Shown here: one piece after another, positions 43,914 through 50,656 of the stretch
How the letters are laid out: each line of letters opens with the position of its first letter
Position numbering within the stretch: the stretch's first letter is position 1
Source of the DNA: a virus
DNA length: 51,381 nt
IMG/VR virus record: IMGVR_UViG_3300045988_079259
Coordinates: 1-51,381 of that record
Reading direction: 5' to 3' (one strand)
The notes under the pieces: generated by a model
What the model saw: the letters and a program-made list of their open reading frames with translations, nothing else
Databases searched by the model: none
Told to the model about the DNA's origin: nothing
Position numbers and translations under genes: made by a program

Positions 43914-44270
43914 ACACAGCAAATTCATAAACAAAGGAGGAACATGACAGAAGTCACGAAAGGAAACGGAGGGAGTTGAACCCTCGCAAGCAGTCTGTTG
44001 ACCGCCAAACGACCGATTCGCCGTTCCCATGTGTGACAGCTTTAAAAGCCGCCACGGGTTGAAACAACACGACCGAAAGGACGAACGACCATGTTTGCCG
44101 CGCTTTGCGGAGTTGAACCGCAGTTGTACACATTACGGTATCGTCTGCCGTTGAACGTATAGCGCGATATCCGAGCAGCCCGTTGGCGGTTCATCACTCC
44201 CGCTTTTTGCTCGGATATTTTAAAAGAAAGGAGTTTCAATACGAAGAACAACCAGAATTCATTGTCCTAT
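43914..44270 (-). ncRNA. candidate structured noncoding RNA with two tRNA-like modules (unclassified)
   Basis: Bounded by a perfect consensus promoter (44277..44305) and the 43880 terminator, with no ORF carrying an RBS. It contains an 11-bp helix ATATCCGAGCA/TGCTCGGATAT and two T-arm-like hairpins sharing GGTTCAACTCC (GAGGG-TTCAACT-CCCTC and TGCGG-TTCAACT-CCGCA). The first T-arm carries a fully paired 7-bp acceptor-like stem, the second a 6-of-7-paired one. Confidence 0.55.
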
Positions 44271-44276
44271 GACAAC

Positions 44277-44305
44277 ATTATAGCACGTTTAAACGCATTT
44301 GTCAA
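44277..44305 (-). promoter_or_regulatory. consensus sigma-A promoter (TTGACA-17-TATAAT) driving the candidate ncRNA
   Basis: Minus strand: TTGACAAATGCGTTTAAACGTGCTATAAT. Confidence 0.8.
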
Positions 44306-44344
44306 CATATTTATCAACGTTTAGTAATATATTGTTTGTCACGT

Positions 44345-44962
44345 TTAATGTTTACTAAATAGCTTTGCAAACCAATTTAACTTACGCTTGTTACCTTGTT
44401 CAACATCGGATTCGTTTGTTGACTCAACGTTATTCTCGTCTGCAACAGTTTTTTTGCCGGCTGAGACGTTCTGTGAGCCGTTCTGTGGCGCATTAACAAA
44501 CTTATCCGATTCACTGACCGCATGGAGCGTTTGTGCCTGCACAGCGGTTTGTAGCGCGTTGTGGGCGAGTTCAGCGAACTTGCTGGCGTAGTCTGCAATC
44601 TGCTTATCACGTTCGTCAAGCATTTCCGTCTTCTGTTTCAGCTCGTCTGCCTGTCTGTCAATTACGTTTCTGAGAGCTTCTACAGTCTCCTGTAGGCTCT
44701 TTATTGTTTCTGCGCTCAAACACTCGTGTCCTTCGTTTTCTTCGCTCTCACAAGCCTGTGGTGCGTCACACGCGGTTTCCGCAACTGCTTCTTGTTTTTT
44801 TGAGTTGCTATATAGTTTCAATGCATCCTCGGAGATTCTTTTTACTCCGTCCTCGCTTGTCACTATATATTCTTCAAGACCGTTCCGCTTAATTCTTTGA
44901 TATACCGATTGACTTGTCACTCCGGCTCTGTCGGCGAATTCGGCTATTGTGAGGTATTTCAT
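44345..44962 (-). CDS. replication-associated HTH/coiled-coil protein downstream of rep
   Basis: 205 aa. MerR/excisionase-like N-terminal HTH (LTIAEFADRAGVTSQSVYQRIKRNGL), a coiled-coil, and a basic hydrophobic C-terminus (KRKLNWFAKLFSKH). ATGA-coupled to rep. Confidence 0.6.
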   Translation of the reverse strand: MKYLTIAEFADRAGVTSQSVYQRIKRNGLEEYIVTSEDGVKRISEDALKLYSNSKKQEAVAETACDAPQACESEENEGHECLSAETIKSLQETVEALRNVIDRQADELKQKTEMLDERDKQIADYASKFAELAHNALQTAVQAQTLHAVSESDKFVNAPQNGSQNVSAGKKTVADENNVESTNESDVEQGNKRKLNWFAKLFSKH

Positions 44963-45651
44963 GGATTGCTCCTTGCTTTTGTGATTGAGAATTTAATATG
45001 AGTTATACTTCTTCCCGTCCGCGTCGGCTCATAGGCTACACGCAAATCACTAACGGCGTTAATTTCGTCAACGGCAGTGTCGATTACGCGCTTGCGAAAA
45101 TCAATAAAATCCGAATAACCGCCTATTTGCATAAGCGTTTTCAAATTTTCAACAGAAACGGTGTACTCGCCTATATTGGCATAGCTTTTAAGTATCTCGT
45201 ACAAACGTATAGTGTGTTTCGATTCCATGTTTAACACGGTTTGAAGCTGATATGCCGTATACGATTCTTTGAGTTCGAGCAAATAAGGCGCTAACCGCTT
45301 GTCAAGCTGAATCCTAACCCGCGATTCATTTTCGTATATTTCCGCGCCCGAAATCCATGCGCATAGCTTTCTTACATTTCCGTCCACTATCCAGAATGAC
45401 TTGTCGCGTATGGATTGCAGCGTTTCACGGAGATTCTTGTAATTCTTGCCGTTTTGAGTAATTCCAAGTGCTTCACACATATCTTGCAGATTGAAATCAT
45501 ACTCATAAAGTTCTTTATCATCTGGTTTTACCTTGCTTATCGTATACAATATGACTTTTTGCTCCTGTGTTGTCATTCCGTATCTTGACTTTTGAATTAG
45601 TTCGTTCTTTTTGACAACCAAATTATTAATTTTTTTATCGCTATTTTCCAT
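44959..45651 (-). CDS. Rep_3-type (RepB-like) theta-replication initiator
   Basis: 230 aa from ATG 45651 (AAGGGAG RBS). The pattern LVVKKNELIQKSRYGMTTQEQKVILYTISKV...ESKHTIRLYEILKSY, with the iteron array directly upstream, is typical of iteron plasmid initiators. Confidence 0.75.
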   Translation of the reverse strand: MENSDKKINNLVVKKNELIQKSRYGMTTQEQKVILYTISKVKPDDKELYEYDFNLQDMCEALGITQNGKNYKNLRETLQSIRDKSFWIVDGNVRKLCAWISGAEIYENESRVRIQLDKRLAPYLLELKESYTAYQLQTVLNMESKHTIRLYEILKSYANIGEYTVSVENLKTLMQIGGYSDFIDFRKRVIDTAVDEINAVSDLRVAYEPTRTGRSITHIKFSITKARSNP

Positions 45652-45752
45652 GGTTACTCCCTTCATGTTGAAATCTCTGTGCAAAACTATGTTGAAAACA
45701 TTGTTGATAACTGCAAAAGAACAATTTTCCCGTGTGTTTTCTCGGTTTTACA

Positions 45753-45885
45753 GTTACCAAATGTCCTGTTTATCGTTACCAAATGTCCTGTTTATCGTTA
45801 CCAAGTGTCCTGTTTTACAGTTACCAAATGTCCTGCTATCCGTTACCAAATGTCCTGTTTATCGTTACCAAGTGTCCTGTTTAAC
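45753..45885. repeat. six direct 22-bp iterons (GTTACCAAATGTCCTGTTTATC), followed by an AT-rich tract: plasmid-type origin
   Basis: Units start at 45753, 45775, 45797, 45820, 45842 and 45864. The AT-rich stretch 45886..45960 is adjacent. Confidence 0.9.
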
Positions 45886-46229
45886 ATTTCCCTACTTTAA
45901 TTATATAAAAATAGTAAAATAATAAGTATCTCTTATAAAAGTAATAAGTATGTTGTTTCACGAACTAAAGCGCATAAATTTTGCCTGTTGAAAACTCAAA
46001 AGCGAATACACGGTTAGTAAGCAGAAAGAGAAAATTTTTACCATATTGTAATTTTAAGCTATCTGCCATGCCTTGTCAAGACGTTATCTAAATATTGACA
46101 AACGTCTAAATCAACATTTTTCAACGCATTGGTAAACAGATTTACAAACATATTGACAGGGAAGTGTATTTTAGGCAATTGCCGAAAATGATTTGATGAA
46201 CAATGAAGTCAATCGCGTTCCGCAACCAA

Positions 46230-46263
46230 CTGTAAAGAATGGGCGATTCTTTACAGTTTTTTT
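46230..46263 (+). terminator. rho-independent terminator (plus strand) with no obvious upstream gene
   Basis: ctgtaaagaat-gggcg-attctttacag followed by ttttttt. Confidence 0.6.
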
Positions 46264-46351
46264 GCTATTCTTAAATTCTATTAAAGCACCACTTATAAAG
46301 ACAAGCGTGTTTATTGCTCATGTCTTTAACGATTAAGTCAACTTGCAGAAG

Positions 46352-46391
46352 AATAAACAATAAAAGAGGGTAGTTTTACAACTATCCTCTT
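46352..46391 (-). terminator. rho-independent terminator ending the 49570-to-46422 operon
   Basis: Minus strand: AAGAGGATAGTT-GTAA-AACTACCCTCTT, then TTATTGTTTATT. Confidence 0.7.
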
Positions 46392-46421
46392 TAAACTTTA
46401 CTCATGTTTACACAACATTTG

Positions 46422-47030
46422 TCAACGTTTCTCAACTATGCATTCATAGTATTTTGCGAGTTTATCTTTTCCTGCGTCCTCATCGTCAAGGAAAGCGTGA
46501 GCCATTGCCGCATAGAAGTCAACAGAGTTGAGATTAAACTCCTTGCCTATTTTGTAGTAATCGGAGTACATCATGTTAATTGCAGCGTAAAATTCGGCGG
46601 GGTCGCAGTCATAGCCGTGCTGCCGTCTCACCTGCTCCGTTTGTTCAAAATTCCAATGTCTCCCGGTTGAGCCGTCGGCGTTCTTCATTTTTTCCGTCCA
46701 CTCGTCCGCGTCCTCTCGGGTAAACTTGTCGTGCTTTTTCCCGCGTCTGCCGTAGCTCTCGCGCTCACGTCCGTCATAATCGCGGCGGTCTCTCATGTCG
46801 TACTCGCCGTAGTAGTCGCGCTTGCCGTAGCCGTCGTACTCATCATAATCAGGCTGACGGCGGCGGTCATACTCGGGGTATCTTTCCTCGCGTCGGTCGT
46901 ATCTGTCATAATCGTGTTGTCTGCGGTCACGCTCATAGTCGCGCTCGTGTCTGTCGTAGCCGCCGTATTCACCGCGCTTGTCCTTGCTACTCGACATCAT
47001 GAGCAGCCAGTTTGGATTCATCCTCTTCAT
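46422..47030 (-). CDS. protein with an Arg/Asp/Tyr/Glu-rich low-complexity N-terminal half and a globular C-terminal domain
   Basis: 202 aa (GEYGGYDRHERDYERDRRQHDYDRYDRREERYPEYDRRRQPDYDEYDGYGKRDYYGEYDMRDRRDYDGRERESYGRRGKK...). Confidence 0.65.
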   Translation of the reverse strand: MKRMNPNWLLMMSSSKDKRGEYGGYDRHERDYERDRRQHDYDRYDRREERYPEYDRRRQPDYDEYDGYGKRDYYGEYDMRDRRDYDGRERESYGRRGKKHDKFTREDADEWTEKMKNADGSTGRHWNFEQTEQVRRQHGYDCDPAEFYAAINMMYSDYYKIGKEFNLNSVDFYAAMAHAFLDDEDAGKDKLAKYYECIVEKR

Positions 47031-47437
47031 ACGGTTTCACCTCCCGTTGTGGTGGTGGTTGGTGCTGTGCCGTTGATTGAGCGCAGGTCGTTGTTAGGCG
47101 CACATGCCGGTCTGCCGAGCAGTCTAAAGCTGCCGCCCGTCGGTGTAGTGATTACAACCGCGCTGTATCTCGTCCGCGCCCTTATCGAGCAAGCGGTCAG
47201 CTGAGCGCAACAACGGTTAGTCAGCGGGTATAGCGTAGTGCCATCTCCGATTGTGACGTACACGGGAGCGGTGATTGTCGTCGCCGTCGGAATTGCCTGA
47301 GCGACTACGACACAATATTTTTCCCCCGCGTTATATGCGCCCGCAGGGAGATTGATTACCAGGTTGCCGCCGGTAAAGGACACCGACTGCGATAGGATAA
47401 AGCGCGGACAAAGTCTGCATACATTAGTACAAGCCAT
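47027..47437 (-). CDS. Cys-rich beta-type small protein
   Basis: 136 aa from ATG 47437 (GGAGG RBS). MACTNVCRLCPRF...RCCAQLTACS...; Thr-rich C-terminus. Confidence 0.65.
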   Translation of the reverse strand: MACTNVCRLCPRFILSQSVSFTGGNLVINLPAGAYNAGEKYCVVVAQAIPTATTITAPVYVTIGDGTTLYPLTNRCCAQLTACSIRARTRYSAVVITTPTGGSFRLLGRPACAPNNDLRSINGTAPTTTTTGGETV

Positions 47438-47520
47438 TTTTTTATACCTCCAAAAAATCAAAAGGGAAGCGGTATGCCGCTCCCCCGAAGTTGGTCACGG
47501 CTTAAAGCCGGAGTTGTGAA

Positions 47521-48790
47521 TCAATAGTTGCCGCAGCCGGAACAGCCGGAATTGCAGCCATAGTTGCCGTACTGCCAAGGCGCGGGAACGTTGAATGCGG
47601 GTACGGGCGCCTTACAGCCGAGCTGACTTACAAGATACTGATTCTGCGCCTGCTGTGATGCGGCAAGCTCAAGTCCAAATATCCTCTGTGTCTGCGCTGC
47701 AATCTGTGCGTCCTTCGCCGCTATCTCCTGCGCCGTCAGTCTGTCGGATATGCCACGGAATCCGCTATTCATCGCGTCGATGATATCGCGGGTGTTGTTA
47801 GCGGCGTTGGTGTTAATCGCGCAAGTGTCGGTTGCCATGCGGTAGCCAACATCGGCAAATCCGCGCTCCATTGCTCTGCCGTTGTCGCAGCAGCACTGCT
47901 GGAGCTGTGTCGCAAGAGCCGCCTGTCCGCGCTCAACACCGTTAAATCCCTGCATCATTGCGACGTTATTTGCGTTAAATCCCTGCTGTGTCTGATAGCC
48001 GAGGTTGCAAACCGCATTGTCGACGCCGTGGAATCCGTTGAGGATGGATGTGTTAAGCCCGTAAAATCCGTCGCAAAGTCCCTCTTGTACGCCGCGGACG
48101 GAATTCTCAAGCCCGTTGAATCCAAACTCGCTCTGGAGGTCTGCGCGTGTTAATCCGCCCTGAGTGCCTGCCGCCATTACGTAGGGGAGTGCGCCCATGC
48201 CCGAGGAATCGCCGTTGTTTCCGCCGAAGCCGTTACGACCCCAGCCGAATATGATAGCGAGGATGATTACCGCCAATTTGTTCACGTCAAAGCGCAACCC
48301 CTGACGCAGTCTTGCCGTTATAGGTAGACTTCTGACGTTTTCACGCCAGTGCAGACTATATCTTCACCTGTATTTCTACAGGGCAACATTTTTCTTCCGT
48401 CATTAGCTTACGGTTTTACTCTCCGTCAAGGAGATAGTCGTTGAGGGTCTTCCATGCCTTAAAAAGGTTTAGGACTGTCCCTGCTAAACACCCATTGTAG
48501 AAGCACTTAGGACTGACACCGTGCCAGTTTTTTTATTTCGCCATATGCCATCTCACTGTTTTTTCTGCTTTCGCGCCGTTCAGTTTGCCGTTTCCGACTG
48601 CTGTTTAGGTAGTGAGCTTTAGGGATTAAAAGCATTTAACGTTGAGTTTACACCGATTACTCGATATAAAGGGTAGCCGTAGTTATAATCCTACTTTTGC
48701 CCAAAGTCCTTCATTTCCGAAGAAGCCGCCGTCACGGTTGTTGCTGTCTCCCTGACCCGCAAGGAAACCTGTCAAAAGTTCGTTGCCCAT
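47521..48790 (-). CDS. Gly/Asn-rich membrane protein gene split by a group I intron (exon 1 48693..48790, exon 2 47521..48292; 289 aa after splicing)
   Basis: Exon 1 (AGGAG RBS) encodes MGNELLTGFLAGQGDSNNRDGGFFGNEGLWAKV. It joins in frame to FDVNKLAVIILAIIFGWGRNGFGGNNG... under the P1/P10 model. The C-terminus is GCNSGCSGCGNY. Confidence 0.65.
48293..48692 (-). ncRNA. group I self-splicing intron (subgroup IA-like, no internal ORF)
   Basis: Core elements: CAACGACTATCTCC (48433..48441 region) and GAAGATATAGTCTGC (48354..48362 region) match the P7 strands of T4 td-type introns, and there is a CCTGTA-GAAA-TACAGG hairpin. P1 pairs AAAAGU with GCUUUU through a U.G pair. P10 pairs UUUGACG with CGUUAAA. 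The terminal nucleotide is G. Confidence 0.8.
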
Positions 48791-48927
48791 GTTTTTTCTC
48801 CTTTTCGATTTATTTCATCCGCTTTCGCGTGATGTTCAAAAAATAATTTTTGGACAGTTTTTTAATCAGGTCGACTGCCAAACCGAAAAGGGAAGTGTTA
48901 TTTATTGATATTTGCTTGTATTTGTTG

Positions 48928-49155
48928 TTATTTGCTGATACCGAGTGAGCGCATTAAATCACCCAGGTCTATACCGCGCTCTTTCGCCATGTTTTGCGCC
49001 ATGGTTTGGAGCTGGTGCGCGTCCTTGCCTTTGATAAGTTCGACGGCTTTTGCATACTGCGCACCTTGTCCTGCGAGATTGCCGAGGATGTTGTTAAGCG
49101 GCTGACCTGCACCGAGAGCCTGCATTACGAGCATTGCGGGATTAAGATTAGGCAT
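48928..49155 (-). CDS. hypothetical small protein
   Basis: 75-aa ORF with a GAGGT RBS. Overlaps the upstream gene by 8 nt. Confidence 0.6.
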   Translation of the reverse strand: MPNLNPAMLVMQALGAGQPLNNILGNLAGQGAQYAKAVELIKGKDAHQLQTMAQNMAKERGIDLGDLMRSLGISK

Positions 49156-49570
49156 TTTCCGTTACCTCTTTCTTCCCCTTAGTGGGATTTTTCATCTTTT
49201 CTACCTCCGTTTGGAGAGCGGCAAAAGCTGCGCAAAGTTTGTCAAAATCCGCACGGGGAGTGTAGTCCGCCGTGTCTTTAGCCGGAGCTGTCGGAGGTGT
49301 ATAAGCAAAATCCGCAAAATCCGACGCGCCGGTCTGCGAGTTGAATCTCTTGATATATACCATGCCGTGCGCCATGTCGGGCATGATAACTCCCGCCGCC
49401 ATAAAATCACAAGGTGTCGCGAGTGCTTCCTCACGGCTTGTGACGGGTCGGCAGATAAATCCGCTCTGCACCTGCGGTTGTGGTGCGGTCTGCTGAGGTT
49501 GCGCCTGCTGAATCTGCGGATTGTAACCGCTATAGTACGGATTTGTGTTATAACCAAAGTTGTACGCCAT
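49148..49570 (-). CDS. protein with a Tyr/Asn/Gln/Pro-rich low-complexity N-terminus
   Basis: 140 aa from ATG 49570 (GGAGG RBS). MAYNFGYNTNPYYSGYNPQIQQAQPQQTAPQPQVQSG..., then a globular part and a charged tail. Confidence 0.65.
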   Translation of the reverse strand: MAYNFGYNTNPYYSGYNPQIQQAQPQQTAPQPQVQSGFICRPVTSREEALATPCDFMAAGVIMPDMAHGMVYIKRFNSQTGASDFADFAYTPPTAPAKDTADYTPRADFDKLCAAFAALQTEVEKMKNPTKGKKEVTENA

Positions 49571-49577
49571 ATATCCT

Positions 49578-49631
49578 CCAAAACAAAAATCTCTCTGTGT
49601 CTGATACAATTGTACCATTGCAGAGAGATTT
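49578..49631 (-). terminator. terminator-like hairpin in the leader of the 49570 operon (possible attenuator)
   Basis: Minus strand: AAATCTCTCTG-(23 nt)-CAGAGAGATTT followed by TTGTTTT, ending ~3 nt before the GGAGG RBS. Confidence 0.5.
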
Positions 49632-49675
49632 TTTCTTTCAAGAGATTTTCAGATTATTTGCACTGTTTTTGCATT

Positions 49676-49694
49676 TAACTTGCCTATAACTTGC
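49676..49694. promoter_or_regulatory. paired AACTTGC direct repeat (copy A); candidate regulator binding site
   Basis: taacttgcctataacttgc, plus a third half-site aacttga at 49699..49705. Copy B lies at 49773..49791. Confidence 0.45.
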
Positions 49695-49772
49695 TTTCAA
49701 ACTTGATTTCGCACATTGCAAATTCAAACAGTCCAAATATAGCACTAAAGCAGTCTATATCCAGTCCTATTT

Positions 49773-49791
49773 TAACTTGCTTACAACTTGC
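49773..49791. promoter_or_regulatory. paired AACTTGC direct repeat (copy B)
   Basis: taacttgcttacaacttgc, straddling the stop codon of the 49781..50029 gene. Confidence 0.45.
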
Positions 49792-50029
49792 CGGACTTAT
49801 GTAAGATGTATACGAGCTTCGCGAGAGCCACCTTGTGCCATTTTGAGACGGTGGTATACTCGCGCCCTACCGCTTCGCACACGTCCTCCAGACAGCCGTT
49901 GTCAACGTACAGTATCTTGAGCAACCGCTTGTACTCCGGCTTGAGATTGCATCGGTCAATAGCGTCCGCTATGTCCTGAGTATCGCCGACACTATGCACC
50001 GCTTGTCTGCGTTTCGCATGGTCGGTCAA
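49781..50029 (-). CDS. small sigma-70 region-4-like HTH protein (putative transcription regulator)
   Basis: 82 aa with a TTG start after AGGAGG. KPEYKRLLKILYVDNGCLEDVCEAVGREYTTVSKWHKVALAKL resembles region 4 of sigma factors. Confidence 0.55.
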   Translation of the reverse strand: MTDHAKRRQAVHSVGDTQDIADAIDRCNLKPEYKRLLKILYVDNGCLEDVCEAVGREYTTVSKWHKVALAKLVYILHKSGKL

Positions 50030-50031
50030 CC

Positions 50032-50304
50032 TTATCCCTCCTTGCTGTCCTCCTTTTCGGCGGTGTCGATAATACCTTTGATTCCCTCCGCGTCAATCCG
50101 CGCCGCGTCAACTTTGCTCTCGCCGTAGATGTAGCCGATAATTGAGGATATCGCCGTAATCGCACCCGCAACCTTGCCCGCAATCTCGCCGTAGTCGCTC
50201 TCACCCACGCCGAACGACATTGCCACGCCGATAATGATACCGATGATTGTTACCCACAGCTTTCTTGAGGTCAGCTTCTGCTTCCAGTTGATTTTGTTAT
50301 TCAT
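50032..50304 (-). CDS. holin-like membrane protein
   Basis: 90 aa from ATG 50304 (AAGGAG RBS). NWKQKLTSRKLWVTIIGIIIGVAMSFG plus a second hydrophobic helix and a charged tail. Confidence 0.6.
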   Translation of the reverse strand: MNNKINWKQKLTSRKLWVTIIGIIIGVAMSFGVGESDYGEIAGKVAGAITAISSIIGYIYGESKVDAARIDAEGIKGIIDTAEKEDSKEG

Positions 50305-50305
50305 A

Positions 50306-50593
50306 TTATTCTCCTTTTTCGTCTTCATAAGTTATTTCTTCCTCTCCGTAATCGGAGTGATATTCCTGTTTGATTTTTTCACGGTTTTCCATTGCCGACT
50401 TGATGAGATATCCCACCACTCCGCAGCCCATGGGAGCGCCGATGTATGTCAGCAGTCCGTCAAGAGATGCCATGTCGGGAGCGATTATCAGCTGGACCAC
50501 AAGATAGCACATGCCAAAAATCGCGCCCGCAAACCACAGCTTCACAATTGCCGACAGCTGACGTTTTGAGTATTCAACGTCCTTTTTTTTCAT
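50306..50593 (-). CDS. holin-like membrane protein
   Basis: 95 aa with 2-3 hydrophobic helices and an acidic tail, immediately downstream of the endolysin. Confidence 0.55.
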   Translation of the reverse strand: MKKKDVEYSKRQLSAIVKLWFAGAIFGMCYLVVQLIIAPDMASLDGLLTYIGAPMGCGVVGYLIKSAMENREKIKQEYHSDYGEEEITYEDEKGE

Positions 50594-50656
50594 GATTTTA
50601 GTTTGAGTTTAGTTTTAAATTAGTTTTAAACAGTCCGTTAATGCGTTGCTAACGCG

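Noticed and set aside
43930-43976. 11-codon plus-strand mini-ORF with an AAAGGAGG motif (MTEVTKGNGGS) inside the ncRNA locus
   Set aside because: The spacing between GGAGG and the ATG is only 3 nt, the peptide is tiny, and the motif lies opposite the tRNA-like module. It is more likely coincidental.
43962-44168. Two tRNA genes on the minus strand (T-arm GGTTCAACTCC plus 7-bp acceptor-like stems)
   Set aside because: With the acceptor and T-arm fixed, only 36-37 nt remain for the D arm, anticodon arm and variable loop, where 41 are expected. There is no U8/N9 linker, and the only anticodon-like helix closes a 6- or 8-nt loop without U33. I therefore do not call them tRNAs and report them only as tRNA-like modules of a larger RNA.
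45753-45885. CRISPR array interpretation of the 22-bp repeats (and of the 11-bp repeats at 32327..32403)
   Set aside because: The repeats are directly abutting with no spacers, are next to a Rep_3 initiator gene or inside a replisome organizer gene, and no cas genes are present. They are iterons.
46160-46263. Small plus-strand RNA upstream of the 46230 terminator as a rep copy-control antisense RNA
   Set aside because: I could not find a convincing -10 element after the TTGACA at about 46162. The region also does not overlap the rep mRNA leader as far as I can place it. Only the terminator is reported.
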